A stretch of DNA of 63,685 nt, counting the filler, from Craspedostauros australis (taxonomy: Eukaryota), in assembly GCA_030167865.1 (NCBI GenBank). It is 17 parts of 17 records of this genome, joined end to end, with 100 filler letters (N's around TTAATTAATTAA, not from the genome) between each part and the next. Parts side by side here need not be neighbours in the genome. Positions count along the whole stretch, not along the records: positions 21,626 to 39,042 come from JALAGF010002902.1; 16 more parts are not named here. One strand, 5' to 3'. This document shows positions 23,836 to 35,854 of the stretch, in pieces; position 1 is the first letter of the stretch; every line of letters starts with the position of its first letter. The notes under the pieces were generated by a model. It did not search any database and was not told the DNA's origin. It saw only the letters and a program-made list of their open reading frames with translations. The position numbers and the translations under genes are program-made.

Positions 23836-25074
23836 TCATTTCGGTTGGTACGTGTTCATGCCGGTCTGCGGATCCAGATTGGCCTGCGATGCATCCAGCA
23901 CCTTGGGACCGGGTCCGCTCCTGGTGAAGTACATCATCTTGACATCCTGCGCATGCGGCGTGCGCCCCGTCTTGTCCGTCTCTGCCAACAACGTCGCATC
24001 CAGCACGTGCGACTGGATCTTGGCATAGTACTCGGCATTGTTCATGTACTGCTCGCCGAACGCCGGGTAGTAGTGCAGCATGAGGGCGCCGAGCTCGACG
24101 CTGTACTCGTCGAGGGTGTAAAGGACGGCGTTTGGACCAGCGTCGAAGGTGTAAGCCGCGCGGGTCTGGTTGGCCCATTTGTTGTAGGCGTGCACGATGC
24201 GGATGACGGATTTGGAGACGTCGTTCATGTAGAAGATGGGAGGGTAGGTATCGAGACACACGGCGTGGAAGGAGTTGGAATCGGCCATGGTCAATGCGCC
24301 GAACTTGTCAAAATCCTTGCCGAGGTAGGCCGCTTCGATCTGCTGCATGCGCTGCGGCACGACGTGCTGGATGCGGTGGTGCAGGAGGGTCGAAGTCGCG
24401 ACGCTGGTGCTCATGCCGGCCGTGCTGGACGTGTCCTTCTTGGCGTCGCTGACGACGAGGATGAGCGCGCGCAGGTTGAGCCAGTGATGTTCGTCGGCGA
24501 TCTGCTGCGCCAACGAGTTGCTCCAGGTGCCGTGTCCTTCCAGACCCTTGGCATCGCCCGCACGCCATGCCACGAAACCGCCCAGCAACGATCGGCAGGC
24601 GCTGCCGGATCCCTGCCTGGCGATGGAGGTGAGCTGGTTGGGGTACGCCTCCTTGGCCTCGAAGAGCTCGGCGAGGGCCGCGACCAATGCCGCGTACCCT
24701 GCCGCGCTGCTTGCCAAGCCGGCCGCGGTGGGGAAGGTGTTGTAGGAGGAGATGTGCACGTGGCATCCCTCCCACTTGGATGGCTGGGCGGCCAGGGCCT
24801 TGACCTGATCCACGCAGGCACGAAAGCGCTTGGAAGTGGCGGCACCCTCCTCCTCCTCGCCGTTGAGCCACAGACGATCGGAGGCGAACTGCTTGGAAGC
24901 CGCGGCGGTGGTGACGGCACGCAGATCGTCCTGATCCAACGTGACGCTCACGCTGTCGTTCGTCGGGGTGTTCCACTTCGCATCGGCCTTGCCCCAGTAC
25001 TTGATGCAAGCGATGTTGGTCGGCGCCGACACGGTGGCCATGTGGATGGGTTCCTTCGTGCTGGAGTCCGCCAT
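23836..25074 (-). CDS. MVD: Diphosphomevalonate decarboxylase (mevalonate pathway), single exon, 412 aa
   Basis: APTNIACIKYWGK, NTFPTAAGLASSAAG (GHMP motif), RQGSGSACRS, DSNSFHAVCLDTYPPIFYMND, AYTFDAGPNAV. Confidence 0.97.
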   Translation of the reverse strand: MADSSTKEPIHMATVSAPTNIACIKYWGKADAKWNTPTNDSVSVTLDQDDLRAVTTAAASKQFASDRLWLNGEEEEGAATSKRFRACVDQVKALAAQPSKWEGCHVHISSYNTFPTAAGLASSAAGYAALVAALAELFEAKEAYPNQLTSIARQGSGSACRSLLGGFVAWRAGDAKGLEGHGTWSNSLAQQIADEHHWLNLRALILVVSDAKKDTSSTAGMSTSVATSTLLHHRIQHVVPQRMQQIEAAYLGKDFDKFGALTMADSNSFHAVCLDTYPPIFYMNDVSKSVIRIVHAYNKWANQTRAAYTFDAGPNAVLYTLDEYSVELGALMLHYYPAFGEQYMNNAEYYAKIQSHVLDATLLAETDKTGRTPHAQDVKMMYFTRSGPGPKVLDASQANLDPQTGMNTYQPK

Positions 25075-25534
25075 TGTCTTTCAATTATACCTGTAGATGT
25101 GAGTGCAAGTGGAACCCGAGTGGAGCGTAACGCAATTATGACCTTGGTGCAGACGTTACGGATGTTGCATCCGACAGTCCATGTGTGGAGTGATCGTTGC
25201 TTTTCCTTCGCAATCTCCATGGTCACCAACATTCGACGTCGGCGTTGGCGTTGAGCCACACGGAACGTCATTTTTTGCCCAAAGCGTTCGATTGTCGACC
25301 AGAACGACTGCATCGTCCACGATTGAAAGATTCCACGATTCAGAATTCGCGATCTTTCTCGATCCTGATGCTCTGTCTGCGCACGTGACGCCAAGAACAG
25401 AGGCAGTGATGGCAACGGCATGGAGACACACCATGGTACTATTATAATCATACCACCATCCGTGTGACTGCTCCAACACTAACTTGCACGTGCCATACGT
25501 AAGACCTAACAGTCGAGAACGAAGGGGCAACAGA

Positions 25535-28500
25535 ATGCGACAGCAAGGGCGCCGCCAGCAACATTCCAACAACGACGATGATGATGATGATGGAAGCGTG
25601 CAGCATGAGTTCACATCCTCGCGTCAGCCGCTGGCTGGGGTGCTGTCCACGATGCTGAGCATCTTCTTGCTCATTCTGGGAACGGCTCTGTTTTGGATGC
25701 CCGCGACCACGATCGATTGGGTCTTTGGAGAGATGGCGGACGCATGCCATCGTCAATCGCCCGACAGCGCCGGATTGGAGCTCGTCTTCGCGAGATGGCT
25801 CGGAGGCACCTTCGTGGCACAGGCCATGTCCACCATGATCCTCACGTGCCCAGTCCTCTACGAATCCAACTGCTGCGCATCACGAACGCTGTACGATTCT
25901 CCGTCGAGACGGGCGTCGGTGGACAAGATGAGGACTTCGCTGTCGCAGCATTTCATCATGGGTCTCACCATGGTGCTTGTCACGTTGCTGTTGGATCGGG
26001 ATCCGCCGTGTTCTTCGCGATCGTTGGAGGGATCAACGATGCAAAATAGTTATGATGACTTCCGCGATGGTTCTGTCCGTACGGGAGATGGAGGTTTTGG
26101 CAGCAACAACAACAACAGCAACACCAATAGTGACGATGACACGGGATCGTTCCTTCTATTCCAAGGCGGCTGGATTGTTCTGCTCATGGGGTCCATCTTC
26201 TTGATCATGTCCTGCATCGGATTGATGATCTCGTACTGGCCGGTTGTTGACCTTCCATCGTCGCCGTCTTCCGCGCGAGCTATTGTTTTCACCGATCGCA
26301 CATCTCAGCAAGACGACGCAGCTCCGCTTCTTGGCAACGGCGTTATTCATGGCTCCGGAGAATCATCTGCAAATGATGATGCCGAACGTGTGGAAACGAC
26401 CCATGCGGAATCCACGGCGGACTATCATCTCTTGGAATCAAATGAAAATGCTGCTGACGGCGAGACCACGCAAGGTCATGATGCGACATCCAGAATACGA
26501 GGAACACGGCGCCTGCTCAAACTGGCCGCGCCGCAGATGATCTACCTCTACATCGGTTGCATCGTCCTCTTGATCCGACTCCCTTTCTCGCTCAGCATCC
26601 CCCACTTCGTCAGCACGACGCTGGGTGCTGTCGCGCGCGGTGATTTCGATCAGGCGCGCACGGAGATCCTGCTCCTCGTACTGCTGGGTTCCATCGATGC
26701 GGTGTTGGATTTCTGGTGCGTCTTCCTGTTTGGATACGCCAACCAACGTATCGTGCGCGGCGTGCGCATCGATACATTCCTGGCCATCCTGCGGCAGGAT
26801 ATTGCCTTCTTTGACGTTCACTCGTCTGGAGAATTGGCGTCGCGATTGAATTCGGATTGCGGAGAGATGGCAGGTGACTTGACGTGGTTCTTTCGATTCA
26901 GGTACGTATGTGTGTGTGTGCGTATGCGTGTGCGTGTGTGTGTGCGTGTGGGGGCGTGGGGGCGTGATGGGGAGAGCTTTGGTTGGCCGTTGACAAGTTG
27001 GTACGGGGCGTGGTCGGCAGTGTGAGAGGAAACCCGCAATGAATGGCACACGCCAACAAGTGACTCACAAAACAGTACTGCAACGCATGCATGCGTACAT
27101 GTATACTACGTTTGAATGTTTGCCTATCCTGCGCGTTTCGTGTTGATTACGCATTCATTCATGCACACCCGAACCAAACCCGCAGCATTGAATCGGTGGT
27201 GCGGATAACGGGAATCACAGCGTACATGCTCATCCGATGTCCAACGCTCGGTGGGTGTGCACTGGGCATCATTCCGATCGTCGCTATCGTCAACAAGTAC
27301 TATGGAAACTGGCTCAGTCGGAATGCCCAAAAGGTTCAGGATGCATTGGCCGATGCCAACGCTGTGGCTCAAGAAACCTTCTCATGCGTGCGGACGGTCG
27401 TGGCGTTTGCAACAGAGGCCTATGAGGCAGACAAGTACAAGGAGAAGATAGATCTGCAATACAGACTCAATATCCGACAGGTACGTACGTTGTTCAACAC
27501 ACATGATGGGAGGAAAAGAAGGAATCAAGAGACACGCTTTGTGACAGTGGATTGAATTCCGTGTAGCCTCACTCAGCACAAGCATACATGTCTCTACATT
27601 TTTGTCTCTCTCTCTCTCTCTCCCATTGCCTCACAATGGATCTACTGTCCTCTACTGTACTTTGTGTTCGCCACCGCACAGCTCTACATGACGGGATTCT
27701 ACTACATGGCGATTTCGACATTCCTCGTGAACACAATCGTGCAAGCGACACTGTTGCTGATTGGTTCCATGCTGATCAAGCGAGGTGAACTTACGAGCGA
27801 AATTCTGCTGGCATTCATGCTGTACCAAGGGCAGTTACAGGTATGAAGAATGATCTCGCGAAGTTGCACTGATTGCAGTGTTGGTGCCAGTGCTATTGCT
27901 TGGACTGACGAAGATGGCATTTGTCTCCATGCATCACACGAGAGATGCAGTCTCCTGTCTGGGTCCATCCAGTTGCTCAAATGCGCCGATCTCCGCTTTG
28001 ACTCTTGTTCGTAATTACTCACATTTTTGCTGTTGTCGATTTCTTGTTTGCAGAATGAGATGCTCAATCTGTTCCAGTCATATTCTTCGTTGATCAAGAG
28101 CTCCGGTGCAGGTGACAAGGTGTTTGCATTGCTGGATCGCAAGGCAAAGCCACCGGGGACTGGCAATGAAGCAGTCGCAGCGATCATGGCGGCAACCGAG
28201 CCATCCTCAACTGCGTCGCCTGTGGCATCGGTGGCTCAAGAATGTTCGCCACCACTCCCCATGTCCATTCGGATAGACGGGGTGCAGTTTGCATATCCAA
28301 CGAGACCAGATCAGCAAGTGCTGCGAGGTCTTGACTTGAAGATCGAAGCCGGCAGCACAGTCGCGTTGGTTGGATCGTCTGGATGTGGTAAGAGTACGAT
28401 CGTCGGGTTGCTTCAACGTCTTTATGATCCAGCATCTGGGAGAATCTTGATCGATAGTCAGATCCTCCAATCCATCGACATCAAGCAACATCGGTGAGTC

Positions 28501-29354
28501 AAGCGGGTGTTTTTGCTTTCATCAGCGATGAGTGTGATGGACATGATCAGAGTGTGTATCTGTACTCGTGTGCTGTTGGGGCTTGTGATGCACGACCTTG
28601 CGGCTGAGAGGGAAATGACGCACGTGTTGTTGCCACCTGTTGCATCGTGCCTCTCTTGACTTTGTTGTTCTCACATGATTCCGTACTCTATTTGCCTGTA
28701 CCTCCTCCATAAATCCTTGCTTGCACGCGCGCACTGCATTCCTATCATGCCCACTCCATGTATCACACCGCACGCAGCCGACGCATTGGCGTCGTCACGC
28801 AAGACCCGGTCCTGTTCACAGGCACCATCTTGTCCAACATTCTGTACGGCGCCGCATGCGCGGACACCCACGACGAACAATCCGCAATCGCCGCAGCGAT
28901 CGACGCCGCCAAGATGGCCAACGCGCACACGTTCATCGAATCGTTTCCCGACAAGTACGAAACGCAGGTCGGCGAACGCGGACAGCAGCTGAGCGGCGGG
29001 CAGAAGCAGCGCATCGCTATTGCCAGAGCCATCGTGCGCAAGCCTGCTCTGCTGTTGTTGGACGAGGCAACGTCAGCGCTCGATACCGAATCGGAGCAGA
29101 TCGTGCAGGCGGCGTTGGACACGCTGATCAATGCGGGTGGCAAATCGTGCATGGCGGCGACGACCACGACCGTCGTGATCGCGCATCGGTTGCGGACGGT
29201 TCGCAATGCGGATGCCATCGCGGTTGTGAAGGATGGATGCATTGTGGAAGTGGGCAGCCACGATGAGCTGATGAACGTGGATAGCGATGCGTATCGTGGC
29301 CATTACAAAGTGATGGTAGACAAGTCGATGGGTGGTCGGCTTGCGGAGGAATGA
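25535..29354 (+). CDS. ABCB-subfamily half ABC transporter (TAP/ABCB9/ABCB10-like). Exons 25535-26901, 27186-27480, 27682-27840, 28054-28493, 28778-29354
   Basis: [21 protein letters not shown], Walker [11 protein letters not shown]-loop VVTQDP, signature [14 protein letters not shown], Walker [18 protein letters not shown]. Four GT-AG introns with consistent phases. Confidence 0.93.
26908..26950. repeat. (GT)n/(GCGT) microsatellite in intron 1 of the ABC transporter
   Basis: gtgtgtgtgtgcgtatgcgtgtgcgtgtgtgtgtgcgtgtg. Confidence 0.85.
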
Positions 29355-29716
29355 ATGGGTGGGTGGACGAGGAGAATACATGGAGTAAGTGACGTTGATC
29401 GGAGCCCACCAGTTTGTCGACGTCCCGCCAAGACTGACACCATACTCATTGGTGGCACTAAATCTCACCTACGGATATCCAATACGGCAGCCTCTTAGAA
29501 TCGATCGTTCAACAGCATTTGAATACCATGTTAAGATTCTGTTGGGTCGTTTGCTCTTGCACTTGAGCAACGATGTCTATTTACAAAATACTTGTACTCG
29601 TGTGGAGTCTGTATTCGTCAGATCGTCCGTGTACCACGAGAGTATTCCTTGTTTCTTGACTACGCGAATCGAAATCGATCAACCAGCACCTTCCGCATCA
29701 CACGATCGCCGCCATG

Positions 29717-30586
29717 CTACAGCGCCTTCCCATACGCCTGCGGACCTTCGTATTCCGCAAAGGTCCTCACGAGATGATCGTACCACATGCAATACTGCGC
29801 GTAGTTGACGGTGAACTTGCGATGATGCATCTCGTGGTTGCCGACGCTGTACTGCAGACCCAGGATATTCCATTGCACTTCGAACGGCGAATGATTGAGC
29901 ATGGCCAAGGCGGCATGCAGGTTGAAGAAGAAGAAGATCGTGATGGCGTGCGCACCTGCCAAATGCACGCCGGCCAACACCGCGGTCCACGTGCAGAGGA
30001 TGCCCACGAAGTGCTCGATGGGATGCTCGTTGCCGGCGTCGAGGTAACCGCGCGTCGGGAAGTGCTGTCGATGATGGTGCTTGTGCACGAGGGGGTAGCA
30101 CCACGGCATGTGCATGAGATGATGCAGCGGGGCGTAGCACATGTCGAGGACGACGAATATGATGTAGAGGGCCACGCAGGTGTTGACGATGCCGATCTGC
30201 GACGCGTCCTTGTTGACGTCGGGCGACGTCCAGAGGTAGTGGCACAGCCGCTGCACGAAGACCCATTCGTGGACGGCGTTGATGGTGAGGAAGACGATGG
30301 ACTGGGTGTCGAGCGCGACGTAGCGCACCGGCTTGTCGGCCGTTCTGGTGGGCAGGAGCCTGGCGCCGCTGGACTCCACCAGCAGCACCACCAGATGATC
30401 GTAGAAGGCAATGGCGCCGCGGATGCCAAGGCCTGCGAGGCACCAGACTGGCCACTGCAGCTGCCATGGATTGATGAGCTCCGTGTGGAACCAGCAGATG
30501 TACAGCACCGCCAGAGTCGTGGCAGTGTCCAGCACAGCGCTCTGTATCTGCTGTGTCCTTCGCTTTCCACCGATCTTTTCCACCAT
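29717..30586 (-). CDS. Fatty acid hydroxylase superfamily (sterol desaturase/C-4 methyl oxidase-like) membrane di-iron enzyme
   Basis: Three His boxes HHLMH, HKHHH and HEMHH, plus EHPIE, NHS and NYAQY..WYDHL..TF; ATG at 30586 (MVEKIGG). Confidence 0.9.
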   Translation of the reverse strand: MVEKIGGKRRTQQIQSAVLDTATTLAVLYICWFHTELINPWQLQWPVWCLAGLGIRGAIAFYDHLVVLLVESSGARLLPTRTADKPVRYVALDTQSIVFLTINAVHEWVFVQRLCHYLWTSPDVNKDASQIGIVNTCVALYIIFVVLDMCYAPLHHLMHMPWCYPLVHKHHHRQHFPTRGYLDAGNEHPIEHFVGILCTWTAVLAGVHLAGAHAITIFFFFNLHAALAMLNHSPFEVQWNILGLQYSVGNHEMHHRKFTVNYAQYCMWYDHLVRTFAEYEGPQAYGKAL

Positions 30587-31397
30587 GGTTGCGTCGCCTC
30601 CGTTGCTTTGCTTCCTTCCTTCCTTCCTTCTCTGCTTGTTGGCTTTTGTTTGCGAGTGAACGTAACGCCTTCCACTCAACTTAACTCAACTTCACTCAAT
30701 TCAATTCAATTCGATGCAACCCAGTGGAATGCAACGTATGGCAATGCGATGCAGCTCAATCGGACGATACCCAACAGAACATACAACATGCACGGAACTG
30801 CCTCCACACGAATCAGTGAAGGCGCCAACCGTCGCCTCCTGCTTCTCTTTTGTTGTGCGAGCGTGACAACCCAATGCGAATCAACGCGCGTCCTGAGTCG
30901 GTTTCTTCTTCGTTCATTGTGTTGTCGCAATATGACTCATTCGACTCAACTCAATCATTGCGCTCACAATTTGGTTTTGTTGAATTGCTTCGCTGTCTTC
31001 ATCGTCGTTGTTCATGCTGTTGTTACTGGACTGCGATCATGGACGGCGCGACCTTCATGCAGAGTTGCTCCCCGGAGTCCGGACGAGAATGTGATGAATG
31101 CGATGAATATGTTCTTTTTATGAATTAACATTGCTGCAATACTTGTAGCAACTGCCTTGTATTATGATACTTTGTCTGATGCAATGATGATATCGATACT
31201 CCGCTCTGATTCTTTACATGTTACTGGCGGCGTGAAGGGCCTTCGGCGATGCGCGATGATTGGATTACATGGGTTGTGCATGGCATGTTCAAATTCTCGA
31301 CTGTGCTCACAACAAGTTGAGCAAATGAGCGAGAAGGATTTGTGACGGATAGCACGTGCGTTCCACTGCGATGCCATATGACGCCGGAAGCTGCCGC

Positions 31398-32566
31398 TTA
31401 ATTTCTGTATCTGCGACGACTCTTACCAAGTTTGGGAGTCTGTCGATGTGCAGGGCGACGATTTCGAGAAGTGGGGATCGATGTGAGGAGGAGAACGGTG
31501 AGCAATCTGTTCATGTGCCAACCAATGAATGCAAGCGACATCCATTTGCAATTGTGCATCAGTGAATACAAGAGAGAGTCGGACACGCAATTGCGGCTTG
31601 CTGTGGTATAAATACAATGCGCGACAATGATGAGTATGGCATGGTACGTACCTTGGCGGACTTGGCGCTCTTGGCAGACTTGGCGCTCTCCGTCGGCGCC
31701 GATGTCGGTGTGGATGTCGGCATCGATGTTGGCATTGCCGTCGGCACCGCCGTTGGTGACGCGCTGGGCACCATGGATGGCGACATCGATGCCGTCGGCT
31801 GGTTGGACGGCGACGCGGACGGCGCCATGGAGGGCGAGATACTCTGCGTCGGCGATTGCGAGGGAGAGCTGGACGGACTCGCGGATGGGGTCTGCGAGGG
31901 CGACACGGACGGCGTCATGGACGGGGCATTCGAGGGACTGACCGACGGCACCTGTGACGGCGACGCGGACGGAGTCATGGAAGGAACCTGCGACGGGCTG
32001 ACGGATGGCACCTGCGAGGGAGACGCCGACGGGGTCACGGACGGAGATGCGGACGGCGATACGGACGGAGCCATGGATGGAGCCATACTGGCTGTGGGGT
32101 TTGCGGAAGGGGAGGCTGACGGGGCTTGCGATGGGGAAATGCTGGCCGTCGGGTTGAGGGAAGGAGACGACGAGGGGCTCATCGTCGGTTGGTCTGTCGG
32201 CTGGGAAGTTGGCACGGCTGTCGGTTCGGGAGCGGAATCGGCCTTTGACGATTTGGACGATTTGGACGATGCGGCGGCTGTCGCTGCGGTTGTGGCTGCG
32301 GTTGTCGCTGCAGTTGTCGCTGCTGTTGTGGCTGCTGTTGTGGTTGCGGCTGCGGAAGACGCCTTCTTCTGCCGACGACGGGACACGATGACGCCTGCCG
32401 TATCGTCCAATTCGCCTTCGTCAGGGCTGCTGGACGAACTCTGCTGCTTCGATCCTTTCTGTTTCTTTGATCCGCTCTTGCTCCAATCGATCGCATCCAC
32501 TGGATGCTGGATGATGGTGGCGGCCGCCACGAGGACGAGCAGGAGTGTGGATGTGCTCAGCTTCAT
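31398..32566 (-). CDS. Secreted Ser/Pro/Thr-rich protein with KxxK clusters (silaffin/cingulin-like or mucin-like). Exons 32566-31652 and 31439-31398
   Basis: Signal peptide MKLSTSTLLLVLVAAATIIQHPVDA; KSGSKKQKGSK, SSKSSKSSK, PSxSP repeats, (SAK)4; GTACGT donor and CAG acceptor give C-terminus TPKLGKSRRRYRN*. Confidence 0.78.
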
Positions 32567-35500
32567 GGTGTTCTTGTGCTGCTGCTGGTGGGTTGTTGGT
32601 GATGCTTGTTGACTGCTGCTGATGCCTTCGCGATGGTGGCCGTGTGATTTTGTGGCAAATTGAAGCACTTGTCTTCTTTGGAAGGAAGGTGTGTTGCTGT
32701 TGCTGTTGCTGTTGCGAGCATCGCTGTACTCCTCCTCGTTCTCGTGCGAGTGGTAGCTGTTGTGGCTGATTGCGGTGCGTTGTTGGATCCAAAGAACGAA
32801 AACAGAAAACGAGGTCAACAGGAGATGGAGTTGGATGAACGGAAAATTTGGAGATGAGTTCGCGCTCGATGTTTCGCACATCTGCCACGAGCTTTCGCCT
32901 CCGAACACGAGCTTCGGAAAATCAATGACTGTCGTTGGCACGTGCAATTTGATGATGTCTCGGAGCAAAAGTGACGCTATCATCACGGTGTGGACAAAAT
33001 ACATAACCGCAGCGCAGTCTTGGGCCAAGTTGTAGCACGACGTTGACAGAGGGATTGTGGTTAGGGTGTCTGTCCGTTATGACATCAAACAATCCAACCG
33101 CTCTCTAACTCTCATGACCAAATGACACGCAAGAATTGGAACTGTCGCGGTGGCGATGATCAAAGCGAATTGATTGTCGGATGTGGTGGTGTTTGGGTTC
33201 CCATTCATTGTGGAGTGTCTGCCTCTGCGCTAGCGAGCAGAGGATGAGCAGCTCGTACAAGCAAGTTCCAACAACAACGACGATGATAGCGACCATGATT
33301 AACAGGTATGCCAACGATGGTGGAGGAGGTGGAGGAAGCGACAGTGTCGCGAGAAGACGAATGGAAGAGGAAGCGGTCATACCGGAGGGGAAAGAGCGTG
33401 TTGGCAATCGTTTTTCATTTTCGCCATTCTGTTCGCGACAAGATCTATGGTCGTACAGACACGCACACGCGTGATGGAGACAGACACGATGGGAATGAAG
33501 ATGACCAGAGCCTCTACAATCTCGATCGTCCAAACATGGGTTGATGACCATCAGACATGCAGCGAAGCGACAGCAACGATCATTCATCGTTTCGTGACAA
33601 CCGCTAACCGAGAACGTGCTACGACCAAGTACGACTCAAACAATTAACGATCCGAGGAACATCGTCAAAGGCCCAATAATCTCGCGTGACAAGATGACAT
33701 ACGCCGGTGAAGCATTTATTATTGCACGTGCAACGGAAACTCCACATTTTCCACTTTCCGTTCATTCGTTTCGTGGGCCACAGAGCACAAGCATGAGCAG
33801 ATCCCATGAGTGCGAGAATAAGTGTGAGCATGCGCGTTGCTTGACGATAGCCATGGCGATGCCGATGGCGATGATCGAACCAGAGATACAGGCTAACCGC
33901 TCTCTTGCCTTTCCTGGTGATGTCGGTTGCGTTGGGCGGAGGAGACAGAAGAAGAGCGAGGGAGAAGGATGAAGAGGCGGCAATGTGCGTAGTGATGGTT
34001 TCATGGGCACCATGTCACACCCGCACGAACAACGCTTGCTTTGTGAGGTCGAGAGGGATACTGCCGAGGCTCGTTTGGTCCTTGGCTTTGTTCATTCTCT
34101 TGTGGTGAGAGGCTTTCTCATCATCGACGCTTGTGCCCTTGGCCCAGTAGGATGTATGTGGATCATCGTAGCACGTGCTGATGGTCTTGGGCCTCCGACA
34201 TCGCGCGGGAGCGCAGACGATGTGCCATGACTCTTTGTGCCCTGAGTGTGAAGGGATGCCGCAACGTGACGCTGTGGCTGTGTGCGATGCGTGGGTCGTG
34301 CCACGCTCGGGACAAGGATGCAAAGTTCAACGGCAAATCGGATGAGGAGGCGCATGATCGGCATCCACGAGCGCGAACGAGGAGGATGAAGGGAGACAGA
34401 GAGAGAGAGAGAGAGGGACAACTCTTTCCGACGCGAGGAAGGAGGACAAGGTGCTTGCCAGTACTCGCAGGTCGTATCAAAGTATGTCTGCTGCACCTTC
34501 GCTCTCAGTCTCTCTTGGGTCTTGTCGCATGCACAGCGTGAGTAGTGTACGAGCCACTTCACATGAGAGGATGACATGTCACTGCGAGCAAAAAGAGTGC
34601 GGCGTGGTTGAGGTAGTTGGGTCCTTGGTTCTCATCGATCATGGCCAGCGTTCTCGATTTGGTGTCATGTTCGCATCGTCCCGGGTTCTTGATCCCTGTT
34701 CTGTTCAGGGAGAGCAAAAGATACCTCTCTCGTCGAAGAAGAACTTGGTACAACAGAATTGGTGGCGAGGGTGCAGATGAAGATGATGCCGCACCATCGC
34801 TTCAAGGGATGAACAACAAACAAAATGAGCGTGCCTAACACCATCATCATCGTCATTTCGAGATCGAACACCGCCATAGCCACTATCATAAAGAGCGTTT
34901 CGCCGATGCGGCGGTGGCGAAGCGGGCGACCCCTCGCCTCCTCTCCATCGTCGATGCCTCCACGTGCGCCAATTGCCGTTCCCTGGAACTCGTGACGGCA
35001 TTGTTGGCCCCTGGCGAGGAGCAGAGACAGCAACAGAGGAAACGCTTTGACTCACGTCTTCGTGCCAACACAAGGAAGCGGAGCGGAATCGTTCCCTGGA
35101 GCACAAAGATGAGAAAACGTGCAAAGAACAATGAGGGCGGCGTACGGATAGCCCAACGCCGCAGCCGGCTCGGAACGAGCAGCTCCACCGCACGTATCTC
35201 GATCGTACAAGAGGGGCGTCACAAGAAGGAGAGCCATCTCTGCGGGTTAGTGCTCTCTTGTCGGTCTCAGACGTGGTGGCCACCAAATCCTCCTCTCGCA
35301 TGTGTGCGTGTGTGTGTCGCCCAGGTCCTGGATGTCACGAGTTCCTTGCGATGTCGCGTGTGTTCCTCCTTTGGGCACCGAAACTGGTGTTGGCAGGAAC
35401 AAGGTGAGAGAAGCACTGCATGATGAGCTCCGCTTCACGGCGATTCCGCAGCATAATGATTGTATCGTGTTCATTTTGTGATGTGGTGGTGCAGTGCAGT

Positions 35501-35854
35501 GTGGTGATCAGCTATCGAGATGCTCCATTCCACAAAGTGCGCCGCGAATCTTCCCGAGGTATAATAGATGGCATCGAGGATTTGCCGCGACGCGATGCTT
35601 CACTCTGATTAGCTCGTGTCGGTTAGTGTCCAATGTAACAGGTACATGTGAGTCTGAAGGCTCTCCTGATAAAACAATATAGAGAATATCTAATTGATAT
35701 CTAATTGCTCAGACTGTGTCATCTGCGTTACTCCACTGCATGATGAGTTCGCTCTCCAAGCGCCGTTGCCGGAGTGAACTGCTCCACTCCTCTTCCTCCG
35801 CAGTGCCGTCCACGTCAATTACTTCGGATCAATTGGTTCTCATAGAGTTGGTTC

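Noticed and set aside
23815..25254. Long antisense or alternative-frame ORFs over MVD (also 29714-31123, 31617-32612, 48839-49783, 56698-57990)
   Set aside because: Expected by-products of high-GC3 codon usage; no recognisable motifs
33100..35640. Many short ORFs
   Set aside because: No coherent gene model or motifs; likely intergenic or decayed sequence
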